Shown piece after piece: positions 7,606 through 15,378 of a stretch of DNA of 44,779 nucleotides (its first letter is position 1; each line of letters begins with the position of its first letter). The notes below the pieces were generated by a model, which worked only from the letters and a program-made list of their open reading frames with translations, did no database searches and was not told the DNA's origin. The stretch comes from a virus. Taxonomy: Duplodnaviria > Caudoviricetes. A program made the translations under genes and the position numbers. The stretch lies in IMG/VR virus record IMGVR_UViG_3300046495_000080, positions 1 to 44,779 of that record. One strand, written 5' to 3'.

Positions 7606-7899
7606 CTACTCGACCAACTCGCCGCGGGCTCGAGAGAGTTCCCACGCGGCGGTCGCGAGCTGGCGGTAGCCGGCCGCGACGCGGTTCGAGTACTCCTCGA
7701 CGAGCCCCAGGTCCGCGAAGTCGATGAGCGCTACCGCCGCGCCTATCTCAGCGGCGTGTCGTCGCGACTGGTCGTACTCCGCCTCTCGACGGCGCAGGTC
7801 CTCGAACCGCGACCTGCGAACTTCGGTGGTGCTGCTTCCCCCCGCAGATTCGGGCGCCACGCGCTGCGCGGCGGCTGCGGACCCAGAGCATCGGGCCAT
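7606..7899 (-). CDS. Hypothetical protein in the immunity region (97 aa)
   Basis: Helical C-terminal half with plausible codon usage; start uncertain. Confidence 0.5.
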   Translation of the reverse strand: MARCSGSAAAAQRVAPESAGGSSTTEVRRSRFEDLRRREAEYDQSRRHAAEIGAAVALIDFADLGLVEEYSNRVAAGYRQLATAAWELSRARGELVE

Positions 7900-7986
7900 G
7901 CGGGGACCCTACCTGAATGGGCGGACAGCGGTATCGGATGACCTAAATCAATCAGCGGTTCGCGCTGTGATCACGCGGGGATCCCG

Positions 7987-8376
7987 CTACGGGCAGGCGT
8001 TCCAGTACCGCGCGACATCCGGCTGCAGCTGGACCTCGCGTGCCTCGCGCTCGCATGAGGCAGCGTCCGCACAGCCTCGGCACGCGGCGATGAAGCCGGC
8101 GCGCCGCTCGCGGATCTGGTCGTCCGAGTGAACCCACGTCTCCTCGTCGCGCGAAGAGAGCTTGTCACCGCGCGCCATGCGAAGGTCGAGCATCTTCACG
8201 ACGCTCACGGTGGCAGCGAAGCGCTCGCGCTCCTGCTGTTCCTTCCTGCGCGCGGCGGGGTCTGCCGACCGTTGGGCCAGGACCGAGTCGACGGCAGCGT
8301 CGAGAGCGTCTGGCGGCGGCGCGCGCGGGCGGCAAGCGAGCGCAAAGCCGAGTATCCACCAGGCGCGACGCATCAT
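7987..8376 (-). CDS. Lipoprotein coupled to the repressor; candidate superinfection-exclusion protein
   Basis: MMRRAWWILGFALA-C lipobox; ATGA overlap with the cI stop; four further Cys; DALDAAVDSVLA shared with the ejection protein. Confidence 0.75.
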   Translation of the reverse strand: MMRRAWWILGFALACRPRAPPPDALDAAVDSVLAQRSADPAARRKEQQERERFAATVSVVKMLDLRMARGDKLSSRDEETWVHSDDQIRERRAGFIAACRGCADAASCEREAREVQLQPDVARYWNACP

Positions 8377-8669
8377 CCACCCTTGCCACTGGCGTGGCTC
8401 GGATCCCAGTCGTTCGGGAAGGTGTCGAGCAGGTCATCCGCGCTGCGGTGCAGCTTCCGGTGCATCGCGATCACCAGGTCGAGGCCGGCCGTGCGCTTCG
8501 CGTTGAGCACGTTGGTGATGGTCGGCTCCTTCATGCCGAGCTCGTCGGCAAGCCGCTCGTTCGTCCAGCCCCGCGCGCGCTTGTAGTGCCATAGCCAGGC
8601 GCGGACGTGCTCCCGAGTCTCCTGGTCGACGTTCTCGCGGGGCGGCATTCTGACTGAGACTACGGGCAT
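8373..8669 (-). CDS. CI-like XRE HTH repressor (no C-terminal peptidase domain)
   Basis: RGWTNERLADELGMKEPTITNVLNAKR HTH; divergent from the cro-like gene. Confidence 0.8.
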   Translation of the reverse strand: MPVVSVRMPPRENVDQETREHVRAWLWHYKRARGWTNERLADELGMKEPTITNVLNAKRTAGLDLVIAMHRKLHRSADDLLDTFPNDWDPSHASGKGG

Positions 8670-8693
8670 TTGAGAACCCTTTGGCTAGGAGTC

Positions 8694-8721
8694 CTTGCGA
8701 GTGCTACCTAGCGAGTGCTAG
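8694..8721. promoter_or_regulatory. Two tandem operators between cI and cro
   Basis: CTTGCGAGTGCTAC 8694-8707 and CTAGCGAGTGCTAG 8708-8721, the latter identical to 7532-7545; CTAGC-N4-GCTAG symmetry. Confidence 0.8.
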
Positions 8722-8731
8722 GAAGGAGGCC

Positions 8732-8962
8732 ATGAACGGACGCGCGAAGCTCCGCCGGTTCCTCAAGCAGCACGGGCTCACGCAGGAGGCCTTCGCCGAG
8801 AAGGCGCACGTTCCCGGCCCACAGGTCTCGCTCTGGCTCTCCGGGAAGCGGCGCCCCGGGCCCGACTCCATCGCGAAGCTCCGCGACGCCACCGGCGGCG
8901 AGATCACGTTCGACGACTGGGTTCGCCGCGGTGGTCGCGGCACGTCGGGCGACCTGGCCTAG
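8732..8962 (+). CDS. Cro-like HTH regulator (76 aa)
   Basis: RBS AAGGAGG; LTQEAFAEKAHVPGPQVSLWLSGKRRPG...ATGGEITFDDW. Confidence 0.85.
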   Translation: MNGRAKLRRFLKQHGLTQEAFAEKAHVPGPQVSLWLSGKRRPGPDSIAKLRDATGGEITFDDWVRRGGRGTSGDLA

Positions 8963-8993
8963 CACCCCTGCAACCACCTCGAGGAGCTTCTTC

Positions 8994-9467
8994 ATGGCTG
9001 AAACGCTGCCAGCAACCCCGAGTGAAACGCAGTGTAAAACCGCACTGAACGCGGTTGAAAACCCCTCTCGGCCGATGGTGGAAAACGACCAGGTTCTGCT
9101 GGGTTCGCCCGATGAAAAGTGCCGCGAGGCGGCCGCCCTGGTGAGCGCCGCGGTGCGGGAGGCAATGCGGGAGAACGGGTTCTCGCTGTCCACCATCGGC
9201 GGCGTCATCGGCAAGGACGCGGTCGCGGCTCACCGAGCGTTCGACGTGACGGAGCCCTCGACGGTGCTGCAGCTCCTCGCCGCGGTCCTCCGGCTCGACA
9301 GGAAGGGGATCGTCCTGCGCTGCCTGGCCCGGCTCGTCGGCTGCGAGGTGGTAGTGAAGCCGAAGCTCACCACGGAAGAGAAGCTCGCCCGGCTCGAGAC
9401 GAAGCTCCGCGAGCACGGGCGGATGGGCGAAGCGGTCATCGAAGAAGCCTACGGGGAGGACACCTGA
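8994..9467 (+). CDS. Putative CII-like regulator
   Basis: Position after cro; RBS GAGGAG; HTH-like SLSTIGGVIGKD...; helical C-terminus. Confidence 0.5.
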   Translation: MAETLPATPSETQCKTALNAVENPSRPMVENDQVLLGSPDEKCREAAALVSAAVREAMRENGFSLSTIGGVIGKDAVAAHRAFDVTEPSTVLQLLAAVLRLDRKGIVLRCLARLVGCEVVVKPKLTTEEKLARLETKLREHGRMGEAVIEEAYGEDT

Positions 9468-9697
9468 TGCTCGCGCTCACGGTCGGAGGAGGGTGGTTCG
9501 TCGTCTCGGTGGTCGTCGCGGTGGTGACCACGGTCGCGGCGCGGCGCCGGCGTCGGGCCGCTCCACTCGTCCCTGACCCGGACCTGCCGCAGCCGCTCGC
9601 GGTGGTGTCGTTCCAGGCGCGGCTCACGCCCGACGAGCTACGGGCGGTGCTCGGGCGCCTGCAGCTGAACCGTGGTCGGCCAGTGGCGAGGGCCTGA
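9467..9697 (+). CDS. Small membrane protein (76 aa)
   Basis: TGATG overlap; N-terminal TM helix followed by RRRRR. Confidence 0.6.
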   Translation: MLALTVGGGWFVVSVVVAVVTTVAARRRRRAAPLVPDPDLPQPLAVVSFQARLTPDELRAVLGRLQLNRGRPVARA

Positions 9698-9699
9698 CC

Positions 9700-10110
9700 A
9701 TGCGCGACCACCTGCCGACTCCCCTGGCCATCTTCCTCGCCGGCGCGCTGGCCGCCGGCCTGGTGTCGAGCTGCTCGCCAGCGCCGGCTCGGCCGCGGCT
9801 CCTTGGCGCCGAGCTGCTCGACCAGGTCGACGAGCTCGAGGTCCGGCTGCTTCACGGCCGCGAGCTCGTGGCGCGCGACCAGGCGCTGGCCTTCCTCAAC
9901 GACCCGGCGCTCGCGCTGGGCCTGCCCCCGGCGCGGGGGGCTGCAGGACCAACGGGGAGCGCGCCTTCCCCCGCTGGTAGGTCCGAGTCCACGAACCGGG
10001 ACCAGGGCGCAGGCCTGAAGAGCCTGGCTGCTCTGCCCAACCACAACCTCCTGCCCGGTGCGGCCGCGGACCTCGGCCGCGCCGGTCGTTCACCTCGAGG
10101 TGGCCGCTGA
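9700..10110 (+). CDS. Hypothetical exported protein or lipoprotein
   Basis: Hydrophobic N-terminus ending LVSS-C. Confidence 0.55.
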   Translation: MRDHLPTPLAIFLAGALAAGLVSSCSPAPARPRLLGAELLDQVDELEVRLLHGRELVARDQALAFLNDPALALGLPPARGAAGPTGSAPSPAGRSESTNRDQGAGLKSLAALPNHNLLPGAAADLGRAGRSPRGGR

Positions 10111-10751
10111 TGGCCAGGGCCCCGCTCGACCTGTACGCGACCCCAGCCGAGCCGGCGCTCGAGATCTGCCGTCTCGCCAAGGCGCAGGGGATCGAGCCGG
10201 CGACGATCATCGAGCCCTCCTCCGGGCCCGGGCGCTTCGTCGCCGCGGCGCTCAAGGTGTGGCCCGGCGCCTCTGTCATTGCCGCCGACATCGACGGGGC
10301 GCACCGGGATGCGTGCCTGGCCGCCGGCGCGGACGTCTTCATCGAGGGCGACTGGCAGGTGGTGGCGGTGCGCCTGCAGCGCGAGACCCTGGCCGGCCCG
10401 GTGCTCATCCTGGGGAACCCTCCATTCTCCCGCGCCCAGGCCCACGTCGAGGCCGCCCTGGAGCTGCTCCGGGAAGGCGAGCACCTGGTCTTCCTCCTCC
10501 GCCAGAGCTTCCGTGGCTCGAAGGAGCGGGTGGCCTTCTGGCGTCGCAGCCCGCTGCTCTGGACCTCCACCGTGGTGCCCCGGATCCCCTTCACCGGCGA
10601 GGGCGGGGACATGGCGGACTGCGACGTCTTCTGCTGGCGGAAGGGCTACCGCGGCCGCGCTGAGAACCTCCCGCCGATGCTCTGGGGCACGGCGCTGGCC
10701 GAAGACCTCGCCACCCAGGACCAGCTCGAGCTGGTCGGGAGGCCCGCATGA
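10110..10751 (+). CDS. Amino (N6A/N4C) DNA methyltransferase
   Basis: DLYATP, IIEPSSGPG (motif I), GNPPF (motif IV). Confidence 0.85.
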   Translation: MARAPLDLYATPAEPALEICRLAKAQGIEPATIIEPSSGPGRFVAAALKVWPGASVIAADIDGAHRDACLAAGADVFIEGDWQVVAVRLQRETLAGPVLILGNPPFSRAQAHVEAALELLREGEHLVFLLRQSFRGSKERVAFWRRSPLLWTSTVVPRIPFTGEGGDMADCDVFCWRKGYRGRAENLPPMLWGTALAEDLATQDQLELVGRPA

Positions 10752-11146
10752 CCGTCAGGCTGCACGGTCCTCTCCCGCTGAGCCTCTTCCCCCGCGGCGG
10801 GGGCGAGCTCGCGCGCCTGGCTCGGCCGGGCGGGCACATGCGGAGCCTCCTCCGCCGCCGGCCCGGCGCCGCCTTGGTGGTGGTGGCCGTGCGCGACGAG
10901 GCACGCGTGGTGGGCTGGGCCGCCGCCGAGCTCAAGGGCTGCCGCTACCTGCTCGCCGTCTTCGTCCACCCCCGGCACCGCCGGCGCGGGGTGGGAGACG
11001 CCCTCATGCGCGCAGCTTGGACCTTCGCGGCTGCGCGGTGGCCGAAGGCCGGTCCCCTGGCGCGCCCGGCCGACGCGGCCGGAGAGGCGCTGTACCGCGG
11101 GGCGGGGTTCGAGTCCGAGGTGGAGCTGGCGAGGAGGGCAGGGTGA
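10748..11146 (+). CDS. GNAT acetyltransferase
   Basis: VFVHPRHRRRGVGDALM acetyl-CoA motif; ALYRGAGF. Confidence 0.85.
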   Translation: MTVRLHGPLPLSLFPRGGGELARLARPGGHMRSLLRRRPGAALVVVAVRDEARVVGWAAAELKGCRYLLAVFVHPRHRRRGVGDALMRAAWTFAAARWPKAGPLARPADAAGEALYRGAGFESEVELARRAG

Positions 11147-12081
11147 CGGTAGAGGCGCGCGAGCGCGGCTTCATCGTGCTTCTGCGGCGGGTGCAGTCGT
11201 CCGCCCTGTGGCGCAGCCTGCGCGCCGACCAACGCGGCGTGTTCGTCACGATGCTCCTCTTGGCGAACTGGAGGACCGCCAAGGCTCGCTGGAGGGACCA
11301 GTGGTACGCCGTTGAGCGGGGCGAGTTCGCGCACACCCTTCAGACCATCGCCGTCGAGGCAAACGCCTCCGTCGCGGTGGTCCGCTCGACCCTTGCGGCT
11401 CTCATGGCAGACGACACCTGCGCCGGAGGCAACGGACCCACGATCGTCGAGCGCTACCCGATCCCTAACACGGGTCCCGGCACGGGTCCGCGCGTCCTAA
11501 GGTGGGTAAATTACGCTAGATTTCAGGATGTTCCGGATCGAGACGACACGGCGTCTCACACAGGCCTAACACAGGTCTCGCACGGACCTCGCACGGACCT
11601 CGCAGAGAGAGAACCAGTAGAACAAGAAGAACCAGAAGCTCTCTCTCCCGCGGGCGCGCGCGAGGCGGCCCCGCTGACCCCGCGAGACCTCGGCGCGCTG
11701 CACCGCGAGCTGATGCGCCCGGTCGTGCTCCCGGAGACCTGCCGGCTCCTAGCCGAGCTCGAGCGGCGCGGGTTCGAGGCGCAGGTGCCGAAGCCAGCCG
11801 CGGCGAAGGTCGTCGAGGCGGCGATCCTGGCGGTGACGGTTCCTGTCGCGGCCGACCGCGTGATGGCGCTCGTCGAGGCGGACCGGGCGCTGAGCGTCCT
11901 GCCGCGGCCGTTCCTCGGCTGGTATCTCGACGCGATCTCGGGCCGGAAGCCGAGCGAGCCGCGGGCCATCGTTGCCCGCAGCCTCTCCCCGATGCCCGCG
12001 GGCGCCCCGCCCCCTGAGCGCAAGCCGTTCATCCACCCCGTCACCGGCGAGCTCATCGTCGCCAGGAAGGCCATCCCGTGA
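11143..12081 (+). CDS. Phage replication initiator (312 aa)
   Basis: GFIVLLR...LW...LLLANW...VERGEF...L..IA N-terminal winged-helix pattern; iterons within the gene; GTGA overlap. Confidence 0.75.
   Translation: MTVEARERGFIVLLRRVQSSALWRSLRADQRGVFVTMLLLANWRTAKARWRDQWYAVERGEFAHTLQTIAVEANASVAVVRSTLAALMADDTCAGGNGPTIVERYPIPNTGPGTGPRVLRWVNYARFQDVPDRDDTASHTGLTQVSHGPRTDLAEREPVEQEEPEALSPAGAREAAPLTPRDLGALHRELMRPVVLPETCRLLAELERRGFEAQVPKPAAAKVVEAAILAVTVPVAADRVMALVEADRALSVLPRPFLGWYLDAISGRKPSEPRAIVARSLSPMPAGAPPPERKPFIHPVTGELIVARKAIP
11555..11646. other. Putative replication origin: 11-bp iterons plus purine-rich tract
   Basis: CTCACACAGGC CTAACACAGGT CTCGCACGGAC CTCGCACGGAC CTCGCA, then AGAACCAGT AGAACAAGA AGAACCAGA flanked by AGAGAGAG/CTCTCTCT. 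Confidence 0.7.
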
Positions 12082-12419
12082 GCGTCCAGGTCTCCGAGGG
12101 CTACCTGCTGGTCCCCTTCCCGCTGGCCATCCCGCCGGAGTTCTGGGAGCGGCTCAAGGCGCGGATGACCGCCGAGCAGCTCGGCGAGTTCCGCGGCGAC
12201 TACGACCGCGAGCGGGCGCTGGCGGTGGCGGCGCGCTCGACTTCGACGGCCTGGAGCCCGGTCGACGCCGAGCTCGAGCGCGAGGACCGGTTCTTCCGGC
12301 GCTGGGCGGAGCGGGTGTGCGGCCCGCAGGCGCTCTGGCCCTGGGAGCAGGGCTGGACCGCGGAGCTCGCCGCGTCCTACCTGCTGGCGCCGGCGGCGCG
12401 GGAAGGGGTCGCGGCGTGA
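12078..12419 (+). CDS. Hypothetical protein (113 aa)
   Basis: GTGA overlaps; GC3-rich codons. Confidence 0.7.
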   Translation: MSVQVSEGYLLVPFPLAIPPEFWERLKARMTAEQLGEFRGDYDRERALAVAARSTSTAWSPVDAELEREDRFFRRWAERVCGPQALWPWEQGWTAELAASYLLAPAAREGVAA

Positions 12420-12712
12420 GGCCCTGCTCGAACGAGACCCCCTGTCTCTCCGACGGCCGCGGCGCTCACAGCCCGGTGTGCCTCCGCCTGGTGGCGCAGG
12501 GGGCGAAGCCTCGGCCCCAGGCGCCTCGCCCGGTGCGCGCGGCGGCCCCTCGGCCCGGCGCGGTGCCTGAGCTCGTGCAGGGCGGACCAGCTTCGTTCAT
12601 CGGCTGCGGCTGCGGCCAGGAGTGGGTCCCCGACCGGACGACCTCGGTGGTGAGGGACGGCGTGGTGCACCGGTACGGCCTGCAGTGCCGGCCGGCGAAG
12701 GCGAACCCGTAG
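12416..12712 (+). CDS. Hypothetical Cys/His-containing protein (98 aa)
   Basis: GTGA overlap; CGCG...H....C. Confidence 0.6.
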   Translation: MRPCSNETPCLSDGRGAHSPVCLRLVAQGAKPRPQAPRPVRAAAPRPGAVPELVQGGPASFIGCGCGQEWVPDRTTSVVRDGVVHRYGLQCRPAKANP

Positions 12713-12715
12713 CGC

Positions 12716-13027
12716 GTGGAGGCGGTCATGGAAGCCTTGATTCGACTCGGCGGCGTGCTGGCGTTCACGGTGATGGCCCTGTCGGTGTACCGGCTGGCGC
12801 GGGTGCTCGAGCCGGGGCCCGACGGGATCCCCGAGCTGCGCCCTCCGGTCCGCCGCCGCAGCGCGCGGCTAGAGCTCGAGGTGCACAACCACTCCGAGCG
12901 GCGGCGCCGCCCTCGGTTCCGGCGCTTCCAGGCGGGTCTCGCCGGCTGGGCGCTGCACCTCCCGCTGCCCTGGACCCACTGCCGGTGCCTCTGCGTCGAG
13001 TATTTCCGGGAAGGGAAGCGCCCGTGA
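12716..13027 (+). CDS. Hypothetical membrane protein
   Basis: N-terminal TM; start may be ATG 12728. Confidence 0.6.
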   Translation: MEAVMEALIRLGGVLAFTVMALSVYRLARVLEPGPDGIPELRPPVRRRSARLELEVHNHSERRRRPRFRRFQAGLAGWALHLPLPWTHCRCLCVEYFREGKRP

Positions 13028-13275
13028 GCGAGTCCGTGCGCCTGGCCACGCGGACTCCGCGCGAGGACCTCCAGGAGACCATCGTCGGCCAGCTGGAGCG
13101 CCTGCTCGAGCGGGCGCGGCGCGGCGAGCTGGAGTCGTTCGCCGCGATGTACGAGACCTCGGACTTCGAGGGGATGAACTGGATTGGCGGCTCGACGCTG
13201 AGCCGGTCCCAGACCATCGGCCGCTTCGAGATTCTGAAGGCGCGGCTCATCCACGAGCTGCTGGAGGGCGAGTGA
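13024..13275 (+). CDS. Hypothetical protein (83 aa)
   Basis: GTGA overlaps; LERLLERARRGELESFAA pattern. Confidence 0.7.
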   Translation: MSESVRLATRTPREDLQETIVGQLERLLERARRGELESFAAMYETSDFEGMNWIGGSTLSRSQTIGRFEILKARLIHELLEGE

Positions 13276-14111
13276 GCCTCGACGACCTATTCCGCTGCCC
13301 GGCGATCGGGAAGGCGCTGGCCGTGAAGGCCTGCCTCCGTCGCCAGGACGAGCCGAAGCAGCGGCCGGAGTGCCAGGGCTGCGCGGTGGGCGTGGGGAAC
13401 CGCGCGGCGTGCGACCCGCTTCCGGTGGTGGCGGCGGTCGAGGGGCCTGTGCTCCCCGGACGTCCGCTGCCCCCCGTGTTCCTGTGGGCCGGCGAGGTGC
13501 CGGACGTGCCCCTCGGCGCGCCGCCAGCGAGTGGGGCGAAGCCGGATCCGAGCTACGGGATCACTGGACGCCCGCCGAAGCGCCGCTTCGTGGGCGGGCT
13601 GCTCTTCGAGGCGGACGAGCTGGAGCCGGATGCGCCTCATACCGAGGTCGAGAAACAGGTAGTGGCCCAGGAACCACCCGAAATCACCAGGAATATTCCC
13701 AGGCATATTCCGACACCCCCGGCGCCCCTCGCGCCGGTCACCCAGCACCAGGAGGAACCCATGGCCGCACACCCGCCGTGCCCGAAGTGCAAGAGCTCAG
13801 GTCGCCATCGCTCGGACTGCCCGCGCCTCGCGGAGATCGCCGCGGGAAAGGGGAAGCCGGCGCCAGCGAAGCCCGCGGCCGCCCCGCCGCGAGCGGTGGC
13901 CAGCCCGCGGCCGCCCCGCCGCGAGCGGGAGGGGTTCAGCGTGCTCGACGAGGTCCAGGAGCTGCAGGGGCGCGCGCGCGACCGGCTGGCCGAGATCGAG
14001 GCCGAGGTCGGCGACCACAAGGCGGCCATCGGGGACCTGGGCGAGGAGGCGGAGCAGCTCCGCAACTTCCTCGGGCTGGACCGGGCAGTGCCCGCGCGAG
14101 CGGTGGGATAG
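13272..14111 (+). CDS. Hypothetical protein with Cys clusters; probable internal start at 13761
   Basis: GTGA overlap; internal CAGGAGGAACCC-ATG before CPKC...H..DC; C-terminal coiled coil. Confidence 0.65.
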   Translation: MSLDDLFRCPAIGKALAVKACLRRQDEPKQRPECQGCAVGVGNRAACDPLPVVAAVEGPVLPGRPLPPVFLWAGEVPDVPLGAPPASGAKPDPSYGITGRPPKRRFVGGLLFEADELEPDAPHTEVEKQVVAQEPPEITRNIPRHIPTPPAPLAPVTQHQEEPMAAHPPCPKCKSSGRHRSDCPRLAEIAAGKGKPAPAKPAAAPPRAVASPRPPRREREGFSVLDEVQELQGRARDRLAEIEAEVGDHKAAIGDLGEEAEQLRNFLGLDRAVPARAVG

Positions 14112-14120
14112 GGAGGCCTG

Positions 14121-14315
14121 ATGCACGACACGGCGACAGAGTCGCGCCCGCTGCGCGTGAACACGGTGGCGCTCCGGCTGGGCTGCTCGGAGCGCATGGT
14201 GCGCAAGCTCCTGGACGAGGGGAAGCTGCGCGGGTGGCGGGTGGGCGTCGAGTGGCGCGTCTCGCCGGAGGCCGTGGTCGAGTACCAGCAGAGCGGCGTG
14301 GACGAGGCCGAATGA
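14121..14315 (+). CDS. Excisionase-family (HTH_17-like) DNA-binding protein
   Basis: LRVNTVALRLGCSERMVRKLLDEGKLRGWRVGVEWRV; RBS GGGAGG. Confidence 0.85.
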   Translation: MHDTATESRPLRVNTVALRLGCSERMVRKLLDEGKLRGWRVGVEWRVSPEAVVEYQQSGVDEAE

Positions 14316-14347
14316 GGGGCGTACCCTTCGCGTGGGAGGGGTACGCC

Positions 14348-14686
14348 ATGCGCCTGGCTCTGCTCGGTGTTGCTGCGCTGCTCGCGTGCGGTGGCGGTTC
14401 GGTCGAGCGCTGGGGCGAGGTACGTGACTCCTACCGCCTCGGCAGCGATGGACTCGTCGAGTGCGATGGCGCTCGCAAGGTCCTCCACCCGGACCCCGGG
14501 GGCCAGGTCTGCGTCTGGTACTGCGCCGAGCTGGACGGAGAGCCCGTCGACGAGGTCGCCATCGTGTTCCTCAGCGCCCCCTACTGCACGGTGTGCGTTG
14601 GCGGCGTGGTGTCCGAGTGCCCATCCCTCGGCGGCGACTGGTGGGTGGAGGGCGAGGTCGTGAAGTCGACCGGCAACTGCGGCTGA
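14348..14686 (+). CDS. Cys-rich lipoprotein (112 aa)
   Basis: MRLALLGVAALLA-C lipobox; seven further Cys; alternative coupled start at 14312. Confidence 0.75.
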   Translation: MRLALLGVAALLACGGGSVERWGEVRDSYRLGSDGLVECDGARKVLHPDPGGQVCVWYCAELDGEPVDEVAIVFLSAPYCTVCVGGVVSECPSLGGDWWVEGEVVKSTGNCG

Positions 14687-14691
14687 TGGTT

Positions 14692-14721
14692 CCGCGTATG
14701 CCGCCTATGCCGCGTATGCCG
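14692..14721. repeat. 9-bp tandem repeat upstream of terS
   Basis: CCGCGTATG CCGCCTATG CCGCGTATG CCG. Confidence 0.75.
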
Positions 14722-14787
14722 AGAATCTGAACCCCCGGTCGGTCGCGCGCTTCCTGCGCACACACTGCGCGTGGCACATGCTCCGCA

Positions 14788-15378
14788 ATGGGGCGCGGTC
14801 GAAAGGGCGAGGAGCCGCGCGGCCTGAAGCCGCTCCACCGCCTGTTCGCGTTCGAGGTTCTGGGTGGCGCCAGCGCGGCTGAGGCCTACCGGGCCATCTA
14901 CCCGAAGGCGAGCCCCGCGACCGCTGAGACGAACGGTCCCCGGCTGCTCAGGACTGCTCAGGTGGCCGCCTTCGTCGAGGAGCGCCGCGCCAAGGTCCTC
15001 GAGAAGGCCGAGCTCGGCTGCGAAGTGAAGTTGGAGCGCATCCTCCTCGAGCTGCACCGGATCCTCGACATCGACCCGCTGGCCATCTGGGACGACCAGC
15101 TCACGCTGAAGCGGCTCGAGGACATCCCGCAGGACCTTCGTCGCGCCATCGCGAGCATGAAGGTCACCGAGATGTTCGACGGCCAGGGCGACGAGCGCGA
15201 GCTGGTCGGCTACCTGCGCGAGGTGAAGTTCCACCCGAAGACGGAGGCCTCGAACCAGCTCCTGCGGGTCCTCGGCGCGTACAAGGACAAGCTCGAGGTC
15301 GAGGTGGTAGGCCACGCCGACCTGGTGGCCGAGGCCGTGAAGCGGGCCCGCGCGGCCTCGGCAGGGAGCGCGCGGTGA
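14788..15378 (+). CDS. terS: Terminase small subunit
   Basis: F..E.......EAYRA.Y......A..N..RLL N-terminus; EVKFHPK..A...L; upstream of terL. Confidence 0.88.
   Translation: MGRGRKGEEPRGLKPLHRLFAFEVLGGASAAEAYRAIYPKASPATAETNGPRLLRTAQVAAFVEERRAKVLEKAELGCEVKLERILLELHRILDIDPLAIWDDQLTLKRLEDIPQDLRRAIASMKVTEMFDGQGDERELVGYLREVKFHPKTEASNQLLRVLGAYKDKLEVEVVGHADLVAEAVKRARAASAGSAR

Noticed and set aside
7546-7941. 131-aa plus-strand ORF in the immunity region
   Set aside because: It starts inside the operator array without an RBS and mirrors the minus-strand ORF, which has better codon usage.
11101-11120. GGTTCGAGTCC, resembling a tRNA T-arm
   Set aside because: Lies in the GNAT coding frame (GFES); no cloverleaf, acceptor stem or CCA.
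10279-11142. 600-aa version of the replication protein
   Set aside because: The upstream part overlaps the MTase and GNAT out of frame; the GTG at 11143 has an RBS and a stop overlap.
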